A stretch of DNA of 28,716 nucleotides from Candidatus Nanopelagicales bacterium (GTDB lineage Bacteria > Actinomycetota > Actinomycetes > S36-B12). Under the pieces are notes generated by a model. It did no database searches. It was not told where the DNA came from and saw only the letters and a program-made list of their open reading frames with translations. The DNA is taken from NCBI GenBank assembly GCA_041689635.1, contig JBDNFV010000322.1:1-28716 (forward strand), read 5' to 3'. Below are positions 1 to 9,176 of this stretch, in pieces. The position numbers and the translations under genes are program-made. Each line of letters begins with the position of its first letter. The stretch's first letter is position 1.

Positions 1-315
1 GGGGTTGTAGACCACCAAGGTAGTTTCAGTGTGACCCGTTAATCCAGTGCACGTCTCTTCATAGGTTGGGTGAGTCGTGAATCCGCCCATGAACCCAACA
101 CTCGTGTTGATCACACCGGGTGTTTGCCAGTAGATCTCTTCAACGCCCCAATAGCAACCGGCACCCAGGTAGATCACTTGTGATCCATCGGGCCAAGGAC
201 CTTCAAGGGAGGAGCCCAGGACGCAATGTTGATCACTCACGGGTAAGGGTCGGACTTCACGCCCGGGTAAGGCTGACTCAGGGGTAACCATTGATTGCTT
301 GCCAAATCCGAACAT
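1..315 (-). CDS. msrA: peptide-methionine (S)-S-oxide reductase, partial (3' end runs off window)
   Basis: Not in the ORF track. Hand translation from ATG at 315 gives MFGFGKQSMVTPESALPGR...GAGCYWGVEE...VGFMGG...PTYEETCTGLTGHTE, containing the MsrA GCxWGxE and GHxE motifs. Confidence 0.95.
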   Translation of the reverse strand, partial: MFGFGKQSMVTPESALPGREVRPLPVSDQHCVLGSSLEGPWPDGSQVIYLGAGCYWGVEEIYWQTPGVINTSVGFMGGFTTHPTYEETCTGLTGHTETTLVVYNP

Positions 316-321
316 GTATTC

Positions 322-378
322 AATCTAATGCCCAGAGTTGACCTTTGCTCTGCCGCGTTGATCATTGCGCCATAGGCT
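322..378. promoter_or_regulatory. divergent leaderless-type -10 elements for msrA and metB
   Basis: TAGATT (327-322, minus) lies 6 nt before the msrA ATG. TAGGCT (373-378) lies 6 nt before the metB ATG. Neither gene has an SD. Confidence 0.6.
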
Positions 379-384
379 GAAGGC

Positions 385-1533
385 ATGGACGGATTTAATA
401 CACGCGCGATTCACGCAGGACAAGAACCAGACCCGCTGACAGGTGCAGTGGTGCCACCTATTTACCAGGTGTCGACCTACGCCCAAGACGGCGTGGGCGG
501 TTTGCGAAACGGCTACGAATATTCCCGCAGTGGAAATCCCACACGCACTGCCCTACAAGAGTGCATGGCAGCCCTTGAAGCACCCGGCATTGATACCGCA
601 CGCGGTCTTGCATTCGCCTCGGGGCTTGCGGCCGAAGACACACTAATCCGTACGGTACTCAAGCCGGGTGACCACGTGGTAATTCCTAATGACGCCTACG
701 GCGGCACCTACCGGCTGTTCAAAAAAGTAGCGGAGCCATGGGGAATCGACCACACAACGGCAGCCGTAACAGACCTTGATGCAATTGCGGCGGCCATGAC
801 ACCTAAAACTAAATTGATCTGGATTGAAACCCCCACGAATCCACTTCTCAATATTGGTGACATAGCGGCCATTGCTGAAATCGCACATGCTGGCGGCGCA
901 TTGTTGGTGATTGACAACACTTTTGCATCCCCTTATTTACAACAACCGCTCCTTCTGGGAGCCGACGTCGTCGTGCACAGCACAACTAAGTATCTTGGCG
1001 GTCACAGCGATGTTGTTGGCGGCGCACTCGTGTCACAAGACGCTGAGCTGGGTGAGCGATTGGCCTACCACCAAAATGCGATGGGTTCGATAGCCGGACC
1101 ATTTGACTCGTGGTTGGTGATGCGGGGTATCAAGACACTCGGCGTCCGAATGGATCGCCATAATGAGAATGCAGCAAAAGTTGTTGAACTTCTGGAAGGA
1201 CATGCGGCTATCGGCCAGGTGTTTTACCCCGGGATCGCATCACACCCAAATCACGAAGTGGCCAAAAAACAAATGCGTGGATTCGGTGGCATGGTGTCAT
1301 TCCGGGTCAAGGCTGGTGAGCAGGCAGCACTTGATATTTGTTCCAAAACAACACTATTCACCTTGGGCGAGTCCCTCGGTGGCGTTGAGTCTCTGATTGA
1401 ACATCCTGGTCGCATGACCCACGCGTCAGTGAGCGGTAGCCCACTGGAAGTACCCAACGACCTGGTTCGACTCAGTGTCGGGATTGAAGAAGCGGATGAT
1501 CTTTTGGCCGACCTAGAAAAAGCCCTCGGCTAG
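385..1533 (+). CDS. metB: cystathionine gamma-synthase (Cys/Met metabolism PLP enzyme)
   Basis: YEYSRSGNPT, DNTFASP and the PLP-lysine motif HSTTKYLGGHSD; syntenic with actinobacterial metB-greA region. Confidence 0.93.
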   Translation: MDGFNTRAIHAGQEPDPLTGAVVPPIYQVSTYAQDGVGGLRNGYEYSRSGNPTRTALQECMAALEAPGIDTARGLAFASGLAAEDTLIRTVLKPGDHVVIPNDAYGGTYRLFKKVAEPWGIDHTTAAVTDLDAIAAAMTPKTKLIWIETPTNPLLNIGDIAAIAEIAHAGGALLVIDNTFASPYLQQPLLLGADVVVHSTTKYLGGHSDVVGGALVSQDAELGERLAYHQNAMGSIAGPFDSWLVMRGIKTLGVRMDRHNENAAKVVELLEGHAAIGQVFYPGIASHPNHEVAKKQMRGFGGMVSFRVKAGEQAALDICSKTTLFTLGESLGGVESLIEHPGRMTHASVSGSPLEVPNDLVRLSVGIEEADDLLADLEKALG

Positions 1534-1563
1534 CAACTCAATAACGAGTGGCAGAAGAGTTTG

Positions 1564-3180
1564 CTAGTTGCCGACAGTGTCAAGTGGGATCGTGATCGAG
1601 TCCGCAATGCGGCACGTATCGCCCGAGCAGGTGCTCAGTAGTTTGAGTTGGGCCGCCAAACTACCCAGGAGAGAAGGATTTGCTGTTCGCACCAGGTTCA
1701 CCATTTCGAAAGGGTCATTTTCCCGGTCGTACAGTGTTTTTGAACCATCAATGTATTCAACGTAAAGCCATTTTTGACTTCGGAGTGCGAAGTACTGTGG
1801 TGGTGAATTCTTTTGGTAGTCGGGATCTTCGGGAGTCGAAATTCCCAAACTCTCGGAGAGAATTGCATTGCGCCATATTTGTGGAGTTGCACCATTCTGG
1901 AAAAAACCGACGAGCGAGCGGCCATCAACCCAATTAGGGGCCGTGGCGCCCAAAAGCTCGGCAAACGTTGAACTAAGGTCAATCGTGCTGGTCATCGCAT
2001 CAACCTGCACACCCGCTGGAACGCCCGGTCCTATCACGATCATGGGAACTACCGTGTCGGAGGCATACGGCGTCCGCTTCCCTTTGAACATACGCCGCTC
2101 GGCCATGTGGTATCCGTTGTCGGTCGTGAGGACCACGAGGGTGTCCTTATCGTGGCCGGTCGCTGTGAGTTTCGCCATGATTGCATCAACCGAGTCGCCA
2201 ATGGACTCGGCGGATCTGGCTCGCTTACGCCATTGTTTATCAACAGCGGCTAGTTGAGTGGCATTAAGTGGTTTCTTATCTCTCAACCACGGGGGCTCGT
2301 CAACACCAAAAGCGTTGTAGGCCGGATCACGGGGCGCCAAGGTTCCACCGTGTTTTAGTGCGTTCCGAGTTGCGACCGGGGCTGGCTTGTGCGGGCTATA
2401 CGTTGACAGTTCGAGGAAGAATGGAGATCGAGCGGTCTGGATGAACTCGGTCGCTTTGGTTGTGAGGACATCGTTCAAAAAATCTGACGGCTTATTTCCG
2501 TAACGGATCAAAGTCCCATTATTATTTAATGTGTAGTTGTAACCCGTGTAAGAATCGCCGCGCGAAATCGGAACTCCCCACTGATCCCAACCGGGCGGAA
2601 TGTAAGTGGCCTCACGTGGCATTGACGGAAAGTCATTGAGGTACTTACCAAAAAGGGCAGTGGTCACGCCGGCATTGTCCAGCCACACCGGAAGGTTGTC
2701 ATTTTGACCTTTTCGGTCACGGAAGGTAGGCCATCCGCCACCGGTTTTTTCAATATTTGACACCACTTTGTGATTGTGAATGTATTGCCCACGCAAGATA
2801 GAAACGCGCGATGGACAACACAGTGAGTCGGTCACAGTGTGATTGACGAAAGTGATGCCCCGCTCTTTCAAGGCGACAAGACGCGGGATTTGATTAAACA
2901 GGTTCCAGTCGAGGTCATCGACAAGCACGAAAACCACATTCTTAACATCGGCCAAATCACCGGCGGTATCTGCCTGGGTTTGCTCATCCCCCACTTGACC
3001 CTCAACGAATGGATCACCCGTGGTCCCTTGATCAATTGCAGCGTCTGCTTGAGCGGGCGTGGACCTAATCGAATCGACGAAAAAGACAGTGCCAACGGCC
3101 ACGAGAGTAAAGGCAGTTCCTGCTGCTACCAACTTGTTGATCAGCACGCGGTTCCTCGGGGAAGGGTCAATGTGAGTCAC
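1564..3180 (-). CDS. membrane-anchored/secreted Cys-type (formylglycine) sulfatase, N-acetylglucosamine-6-sulfatase-like
   Basis: Metal-binding VLVDD, CCPSR signature (catalytic Cys codon 2820-2818), FGKYLN, DNGYH, KGKRTPY; N-terminal hydrophobic helix followed by an acidic linker. Confidence 0.88.
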   Translation of the reverse strand: MTHIDPSPRNRVLINKLVAAGTAFTLVAVGTVFFVDSIRSTPAQADAAIDQGTTGDPFVEGQVGDEQTQADTAGDLADVKNVVFVLVDDLDWNLFNQIPRLVALKERGITFVNHTVTDSLCCPSRVSILRGQYIHNHKVVSNIEKTGGGWPTFRDRKGQNDNLPVWLDNAGVTTALFGKYLNDFPSMPREATYIPPGWDQWGVPISRGDSYTGYNYTLNNNGTLIRYGNKPSDFLNDVLTTKATEFIQTARSPFFLELSTYSPHKPAPVATRNALKHGGTLAPRDPAYNAFGVDEPPWLRDKKPLNATQLAAVDKQWRKRARSAESIGDSVDAIMAKLTATGHDKDTLVVLTTDNGYHMAERRMFKGKRTPYASDTVVPMIVIGPGVPAGVQVDAMTSTIDLSSTFAELLGATAPNWVDGRSLVGFFQNGATPQIWRNAILSESLGISTPEDPDYQKNSPPQYFALRSQKWLYVEYIDGSKTLYDRENDPFEMVNLVRTANPSLLGSLAAQLKLLSTCSGDTCRIADSITIPLDTVGN

Positions 3181-3237
3181 TTAGCGTCATGGTCCTTTAT
3201 GGGTGGTAAACGTTCACTGTCAGACAACTTCCACAGA

Positions 3238-4554
3238 CTACGTTACGCCCGAACGTTTGAGGGTCTCGGGCATCCGGATGACAAGGAAGATGGGCAGTAG
3301 GGCTAGAAGTGCGCCGAATGCGAAGGCCCAGCTGAAACCGAAGAGATCCACGAGGAGTCCGGCGGCCAGGGGCCCAACGACCGCGCCGACATCACTCATC
3401 ATTTGGAAGGTAGCGACCACAATGCCACCCTTTTTGCCCCCCATGACGTCGCCGATAACCGCCGAGGGTGCGGAGCCAAGGAAGGCAGCACCGAAACCCT
3501 GGATTGCCATGCTGACCAGGAAAAGAATTGTTCCCAGCATCGCCGCCTGGCCGAGACCGTTGACCGCGGCGTCGGCCAGGGTGAGCACGACCATTCCAAT
3601 GGCAGTCGCGATCGTGCCGAACAATAATGCTTTGCGCCGGCCCTGGGTATCGGCCATGCGGCCGGCGGGAAGCAAGACGAGCGCCTGGACCGCAGCGGCG
3701 GCAAGAAATCCGAAACCGGAGAGCGAGGCCCCTCGTTGCAGTCCCTCGACTACGAAGAGTGGAACGACCGAGCTGCGCAAACCGAATGAAACGAACCCAG
3801 AAATGAGGTTGGTGCCCAGTGCTGCCTGATAAGCCTTGTCACCAAGCGCGGTGCGCAACTCCTGCAATTTGTTGCTCTCACCATGGGAAACCACGTCCTC
3901 GCGCTCTAGCAGACTCGCGCGGGAAAGGAAAACGAGTGTGACCAGAGCCGCGACAAAAAGTGAAGCAGCGTAGACAAAGAATGGAGCGCGGAGCGAAATG
4001 GCAACCACAATTCCGCCAACGGCTGGGCCGGCCACCCCGCCAAGAAGGAACCCACCTTGAAACGCACTTGCAGCCCGTCCGCGCTGGCTTGAATCAGCAA
4101 CTCTCAGGAGGAGCGCCAGCGCTGACACGGTAAACATTGACGAGCCAATCCCGCCGATCCCGCGGAAAGCCACAAGTTGCATATAGGTCTGCGAGAAACC
4201 GGCGATAGCGCTGGAGGTCGCGACTATGAAAAGCCCAGAAGTGAGCACAAGGCGCTCACCGAGTCGGTCAACGAGAACTCCCGCAATGGGCGCGAAAACA
4301 AAACGCATCAAAGCGAATACCGAAATGACGGCGCTGGCTTGTAGAGCTGTAACGTCAAACGACTTGGCAAAAATTGGGAGTGCAGGTGCCAAGATTCCAA
4401 AGCCAATTGCGACGAAGAATGCGATCGCGGAAAGAACCGCTACCTCTTTTGGCAGCCCATCCAGCATCGGGGTACGCCTAATTGCACTCCCGACTCGGCG
4501 GGTGCGGGAGGAACTCTTTGAGGGCCCATCCTCCTGAGCAGGTGATTCAGACAC
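3238..4554 (-). CDS. MFS transporter (DHA1/TetA-like)
   Basis: About 12 hydrophobic segments; MFS motif A (GVLVDRLGER) and its C-half copy (GRMADTQGRRK); SD-like AAGGAA before the GTG. Confidence 0.9.
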   Translation of the reverse strand: MSESPAQEDGPSKSSSRTRRVGSAIRRTPMLDGLPKEVAVLSAIAFFVAIGFGILAPALPIFAKSFDVTALQASAVISVFALMRFVFAPIAGVLVDRLGERLVLTSGLFIVATSSAIAGFSQTYMQLVAFRGIGGIGSSMFTVSALALLLRVADSSQRGRAASAFQGGFLLGGVAGPAVGGIVVAISLRAPFFVYAASLFVAALVTLVFLSRASLLEREDVVSHGESNKLQELRTALGDKAYQAALGTNLISGFVSFGLRSSVVPLFVVEGLQRGASLSGFGFLAAAAVQALVLLPAGRMADTQGRRKALLFGTIATAIGMVVLTLADAAVNGLGQAAMLGTILFLVSMAIQGFGAAFLGSAPSAVIGDVMGGKKGGIVVATFQMMSDVGAVVGPLAAGLLVDLFGFSWAFAFGALLALLPIFLVIRMPETLKRSGVT

Positions 4555-4664
4555 GTATTTCCTTTAAATCGGTGTTTGAGTGCGAGTCGACTCTACTTGC
4601 GGCGCAATCCACAGGTCGCATGAACCTCTTTCGCTATTTACGGTGCACACGGCAAGATAGCGAC

Positions 4665-5204
4665 ATGGTCATTACAGGGCGGGTCAGCACAACCGACGCG
4701 CATCGAGCAAAGGTGTATGCGGCCGAAGATCAGTTTTCCAGCGTGATGAACCGAGGAGGGACCATTGAATTCTTTGGGTCAAAAATCGACATTCCTACCC
4801 AGAAAAGGTTTGCTAACCTTGACTCGATTGACACCTATATTCAGGTGCTATTTACGCAGTTAAACTTGGATCTGCTGCCTCCACAGGTCCGCGAACGCAA
4901 GGGATGCACCAAAGCGCACTATGAATTCGCAGATTCAGTGATCGCGATACCCATCTCGGGTGAGTCGGCTCGTTGGGCACTGCGAGAAACAGTAATTCTC
5001 CATGAGTGTGCGCATCACGTAGCTGCAAAAGTCGGGTCAGTAGAGGAGTCGGCGCACGGGCCAACATTTACGGCGTCGATGCTGCACGTGGTTCAGGTGG
5101 CACTTGGAGACCAAGCCCGCTTGCTGCTTTCAGCGGGTTACCTTGAACTTGGTGTGCCGATCGGGGATCATCGAAAAATATTTTTGACGGAGAGCGCAAC
5201 GTGA
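4665..5204 (+). CDS. HExxH putative metallohydrolase, TIGR04338/Rv0185-like
   Basis: N-terminal DAHRAKVYAAE, LHECAHH (codons from 5001) and downstream HGPTF. Start placed at ATG 4665 (CAAGAT-N6-ATG) instead of 4482, which overlaps the divergent MFS gene. Confidence 0.8.
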   Translation: MVITGRVSTTDAHRAKVYAAEDQFSSVMNRGGTIEFFGSKIDIPTQKRFANLDSIDTYIQVLFTQLNLDLLPPQVRERKGCTKAHYEFADSVIAIPISGESARWALRETVILHECAHHVAAKVGSVEESAHGPTFTASMLHVVQVALGDQARLLLSAGYLELGVPIGDHRKIFLTESAT

Positions 5205-6001
5205 AACTGGAACGAATTGCGGCCCTGTTGGCTAAAGCTGAACGGACAGATAATGAGGCGGAGGCTGATGCCTACTTAACCAAAGCGCAAATGTTGGCAA
5301 CCCTTGCAAGTATCGATCTCGCGACCGCACGCAATCACACGAAAGCAACTGAAATATTGACACCGGTGAGCCGTACGGTGACAATCGGAGTGAGGGGGAA
5401 ACGGGCAAATACTCATTTAGTGAATCTTTTTGTCACGGTTGCGCATTCAAATAGCGCTCATGTTGATGTTGCCCGCGATTCAACATATGTGATCAGCTAT
5501 GGAATGCCCGGTGATCTGGATTGCGTCGAAACTCTGTTCACATCACTGGCTGTACAAATGACGACGCATGGAAACATCTATGTGAATGCTGGATCCTGGC
5601 GCGGTGAACAATTTGACGGTCGAGTTCGCGTCGCCGGTGGATATCGACGCCGCCGTATTGAATTCTCAGCACAAACTGCACGGGCCGCTTTCTATCGCGC
5701 TTACATTGTGCGAATAGGTGAACGGTTGCAAGCGGGCAGAGCCGAGGCCATTCAAGAAAATGATTCACATCTAACCCAGCCGAATGGCATTTCTGGCGCA
5801 CTCGTGTTGGCTAATCGGGAAAAACAAGTGAGTTCATTTCACCGCAAGAATTCGCAGGCGCGTGGAAGTTGGGGAGGATACTCCGGTGCGGCGATGAGTA
5901 ACTCAGGCTCCGCTGCAACTGCTGGCCGTAGGGCGGCATCGGGTGCCAATCTCGGGGGCCACCGCGAACTGCCAGGAAACCGCCGGGAACTTTCCCTCTA
6001 A
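5201..6001 (+). CDS. DUF2786 domain-containing protein (Rv0184-like)
   Basis: N-terminal KLERIAALLAKAERTDNEAEADAYLTKAQML helical hairpin typical of DUF2786; Gly/Ala/Ser-rich tail; GTGA start/stop overlap with the upstream gene. Confidence 0.8.
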   Translation: MKLERIAALLAKAERTDNEAEADAYLTKAQMLATLASIDLATARNHTKATEILTPVSRTVTIGVRGKRANTHLVNLFVTVAHSNSAHVDVARDSTYVISYGMPGDLDCVETLFTSLAVQMTTHGNIYVNAGSWRGEQFDGRVRVAGGYRRRRIEFSAQTARAAFYRAYIVRIGERLQAGRAEAIQENDSHLTQPNGISGALVLANREKQVSSFHRKNSQARGSWGGYSGAAMSNSGSAATAGRRAASGANLGGHRELPGNRRELSL

Positions 6002-6049
6002 TCTGGTCGCAATCTCGTCAGCCACGGCGATTCCTGACATGATTGGTCG

Positions 6050-7282
6050 GTGCCGGAGTCAACTGAACCATTCGAACCCAAAATCTCCTTGCACGATATA
6101 CAAGCGGCGAAGGAACGACTTGTTGGGGTGATTGCGGATATCCCGGTGGCAAACGCACGCTGGTTAACGGATCTAGTTGGCGGATCGGTGTATTTAATCC
6201 CCGAGAATCTGCAACGGGCCGGCTCATTTAAAATTCGTGGCGCATACAACAGGCTGTCCAAACTGACCCAAGAAGAACGCGCATGCGGGGTTGTGGCTGC
6301 CAGTGCTGGAAATCACGCGCAAGGTGTCGCATTAGCGGCACGGATGCTCGGAATCACCGCCACCGTGTTTATGCCGTTGGGGGCAACCATTCCCAAAGTT
6401 GAGGCAACCAAAGGCTATGGCGCAGCAGTCGAGTTCGCTGGAAACAGTATCGATGAAGCTTTGGTCGAGGCGAGCGCCTTCGCAGAGCGCACCGGCGCAA
6501 TCTTGATTCATCCATTTGACCATCGGGACATCGTTGCCGGACAAGGAACGCTGGGGCTGGAAATCCTGGACAAGATTCCTGACGTAAAGACCGTTGTCGT
6601 GTGCACGGGAGGTGGCGGGTTGCTTGCCGGAGTTGCCCTGGCGATTAAATTGCAGGATCCCAGCATCACAGTAATCGGTGTACAGGCGGTAAATGCCGCG
6701 GCTTATCCCCCTTCACTGGCAGCGGGATCCCCACAAAAGCTTGATCACATGTCCACCATGGCTGATGGAATCGCTGTGGGACTACCGGGTGAGATCCCAT
6801 TTGAAATTGTCAAGCAATACGTCGACGAAATTATGACGGTTTCAGAAGACGAACTCTCCAGCGCGGTATTGCTCTTACTTGAGCGAGCAAAAATGGTCGT
6901 TGAACCGGGAGGTGCGGCAGCAACCGCTGCGGTCATGGCGTGGCCACAGAAATTTGAACCACCGGTAGCAGTGGTGCTTTCCGGCGGAAACGTTGACTCT
7001 CTGTTGTTGCTGCGCATTATTAGACACGGCATGGCTGCGAGTGGCCGCTACATGAGCATCAAAGTCCGGGTGCCTGATTCGCCGGGAAACCTCGCGAGAA
7101 TTCTTACGGCGGTCCAACAAAATCGGGCAAATATCGTCGAGGTCGATCACAACCGGATGGATCCATCTTTGGGCGTTGATGAAGTTGAGATCGATATCCA
7201 GGTGGAGACTCGTGGACGCGAGCATGCACAGGAAGTTCTGCAAAATCTCAGGGCCCAAGGATTTAACGTGAAAGAACTGTAG
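6050..7282 (+). CDS. ilvA: threonine ammonia-lyase with C-terminal ACT domain
   Basis: ENLQRAGSFKIRG (PLP Lys), SAGNHAQG, GGGGL, and C-terminal ACT (PDSPGNL). Confidence 0.93.
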   Translation: MPESTEPFEPKISLHDIQAAKERLVGVIADIPVANARWLTDLVGGSVYLIPENLQRAGSFKIRGAYNRLSKLTQEERACGVVAASAGNHAQGVALAARMLGITATVFMPLGATIPKVEATKGYGAAVEFAGNSIDEALVEASAFAERTGAILIHPFDHRDIVAGQGTLGLEILDKIPDVKTVVVCTGGGGLLAGVALAIKLQDPSITVIGVQAVNAAAYPPSLAAGSPQKLDHMSTMADGIAVGLPGEIPFEIVKQYVDEIMTVSEDELSSAVLLLLERAKMVVEPGGAAATAAVMAWPQKFEPPVAVVLSGGNVDSLLLLRIIRHGMAASGRYMSIKVRVPDSPGNLARILTAVQQNRANIVEVDHNRMDPSLGVDEVEIDIQVETRGREHAQEVLQNLRAQGFNVKEL

Positions 7283-7298
7283 GTATAAAGTTCCCTCC

Positions 7299-8297
7299 AT
7301 GGCAAAAGACGATGCAGTTCACGCAGAGGGACTGGTCAAAGAATTTGGTGATGTCAAGGCACTTGACGGACTAGACCTGGTAGTTCCCAGAGGAAAAGTA
7401 GTTGGCCTCCTTGGTCCCAACGGTTCGGGAAAAACCACCACGGTCCGGATTCTGGCGACCTTGTTGAAGCCAACCAAGGGCGTGGCCTACGTCAATGGTT
7501 TCAATGTTGAAAAGCAAGCGGATGAAGTCCGACACAGTATTGGGCTCACCGGGCAGTACGCGGCAGTCGACGAGTATCTGACCGGCCGCGAAAACCTGCG
7601 CATGTTTGGCGATCTCTATCACCTTGCGCCCTCCTACGTTAAGGATCGCTCGGAGGAGCTCCTCGCGTGGTTCGACCTGGTTGAGGCCGCAGACCGTCCC
7701 GCTAAAACCTACTCCGGTGGGATGCGAAGGCGCCTAGACCTTGCTTCAAGTTTGATTGCAAAGCCCAGTATTTTATTTCTCGATGAACCAACGACCGGTC
7801 TTGATCCGCGCTCACGGCTTGGGCTTTGGGGTGTCATCGAAAGTTTGGTTGCCGAGGGGACCACGGTCTTGCTGAGCACCCAATACCTTGAAGAAGCCGA
7901 CAAACTCGCAGACGACATTGTCGTAATCGATCACGGGCGCGTTATTGCGCACGGAACCGCTGAAGTACTCAAAGACCAAATCGGTGGCGACAGGATTGAA
8001 GTCACCGTTGCTGATATTAATCGAATCCGTGATGCGCAATCGGCGCTTGCCGGTGTTTTTGGTGGGGAATCAGTTATCACCGAAAGCATGGTCTCTGGTC
8101 CAGTCTCGGGTGGTTCGACAGTTCTCGTTGATGTTGTTCGGTTGCTTGATTCGCAAAATATTGCAATTGCCGATTTGGCATTGCGCAGGCCAACACTGGA
8201 CGATGTATTTCTCTCTCTCACCGGACACGGTGCAGAAGAAGAAACAACAGCGAATGCGCCACAACGCGCAAGGAAAGGACGGGGCCACAATGAGTGA
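7299..8297 (+). CDS. ABC transporter ATP-binding protein, DrrA family
   Basis: Walker A GPNGSGKT, signature YSGGM, Walker B ILFLDEPTTGLDP, C-terminal LRRPTLDDVFL. Confidence 0.93.
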   Translation: MAKDDAVHAEGLVKEFGDVKALDGLDLVVPRGKVVGLLGPNGSGKTTTVRILATLLKPTKGVAYVNGFNVEKQADEVRHSIGLTGQYAAVDEYLTGRENLRMFGDLYHLAPSYVKDRSEELLAWFDLVEAADRPAKTYSGGMRRRLDLASSLIAKPSILFLDEPTTGLDPRSRLGLWGVIESLVAEGTTVLLSTQYLEEADKLADDIVVIDHGRVIAHGTAEVLKDQIGGDRIEVTVADINRIRDAQSALAGVFGGESVITESMVSGPVSGGSTVLVDVVRLLDSQNIAIADLALRRPTLDDVFLSLTGHGAEEETTANAPQRARKGRGHNE

Positions 8298-9174
8298 CAC
8301 GAAAACTTTGAGCACTTCGGCGCCAATTTCAATGTCGCGCCCTCTGCTGGGCTGGACATTTCATGACTCGGTTGTCATTGCGCGTAGTACGATCCTGGCA
8401 TCATTTCGAATCCCTGAAGCGTTGTTTTTTCAACTGATTCAGCCGGTAATTTTTGTCTTGTTGTTCGCTTATGTATTTGGTGGGGCGATCCCTATTCCCG
8501 GAGGAGATCCGGGAAGCGCTGCTGATGCAAGTTTGTACCGGCAGTATTTGATGCCTGGTATTTTCGGTCAGACTGTTGCATTTGCAGCCGCTGCCAGCAC
8601 TGTTGGCTTAGCCGAAGCCATGCAAAAAGGTATTATTGACCGTTATAAGGCGCTGCCAATGTCGCAGTCCGCGGCATTGATTGGCAACACATTTGCAAAC
8701 GCCTTGCGGCAAATCTTGGTGCTCGCCGTCCTGAGCATCACCGGATTCATTGTTGGTTGGCGGATCAATGACGGAATTCTCAATGCGGTCTATGCGTACT
8801 TACTTTTGCTGCTTTTCGCTTATACGGTTACCTGGGTTGGCGCTTTCGTTGGATTGTCGGTACCCAATACCGAAACCGCGAACACGGCAGGCTTGATTTG
8901 GATTTTCCCGCTCACCTTCCTGTCCAATGCCTTCGTGCCATTGGATTCGCTTCCCGGTGTGCTCAAGGTTTTCGCGGCATTTAACCCGGTTTCTTCACTC
9001 GTCTTGGCAACGCGTGAGCTTTTTGGTAACCCGACCGGATACCCGCCTGGAATCGAACCCGAATTTTGGTCCTTGCAGCATCCAATTGTGTACACGGTGC
9101 TCTCCTGCACTGTTCTCATTGGGATTTTTGCTCCTCTGGCGATTCGGAAATATCGCAATGTCAGCCGCCGTTAA
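8290..9174 (+). CDS. ABC-2 type permease, DrrB family
   Basis: Hydrophobic ABC-2 pattern (QLIQPVIFVLLFAYVFGG, FLSNAFVP, FNPVS). Real start ATG 8290 overlaps the end of the ATPase; the ORF-track start at 7945 is an in-frame extension. Confidence 0.9.
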   Translation: MSDTKTLSTSAPISMSRPLLGWTFHDSVVIARSTILASFRIPEALFFQLIQPVIFVLLFAYVFGGAIPIPGGDPGSAADASLYRQYLMPGIFGQTVAFAAAASTVGLAEAMQKGIIDRYKALPMSQSAALIGNTFANALRQILVLAVLSITGFIVGWRINDGILNAVYAYLLLLLFAYTVTWVGAFVGLSVPNTETANTAGLIWIFPLTFLSNAFVPLDSLPGVLKVFAAFNPVSSLVLATRELFGNPTGYPPGIEPEFWSLQHPIVYTVLSCTVLIGIFAPLAIRKYRNVSRR

Positions 9175-9176
9175 CG

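Noticed and set aside
316-384. SAM or T-box element upstream of metB
   Set aside because: The intergenic region is 69 nt, shared with msrA, and metB appears leaderless, leaving no room for one.
1536-1556. ACTC/GAGT hairpin between metB and the sulfatase as a terminator
   Set aside because: Only 4 bp with no U-tract.
3167-3190. 7-codon out-of-frame uORF (MTLSDSH) overlapping the sulfatase start on the minus strand
   Set aside because: The AAAGGA SD is only 2 nt from this ATG, too close for initiation; likely chance.
3203-3829. 208-aa plus-strand ORF (also 1868-2257, 2839-3300, 14674-15159, 16373-16930 and similar)
   Set aside because: Antisense or alternate-frame shadows of well-supported genes; no independent evidence.
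4482-4664. N-terminal extension of the HExxH ORF
   Set aside because: Overlaps the divergent MFS start; family-like sequence begins only after ATG 4665.
7299-9174. DrrAB-like ABC transporter as evidence of an antibiotic gene cluster
   Set aside because: No biosynthetic genes nearby; an ilvA-ABC-greA arrangement is, as I recall, part of the conserved Streptomyces backbone.
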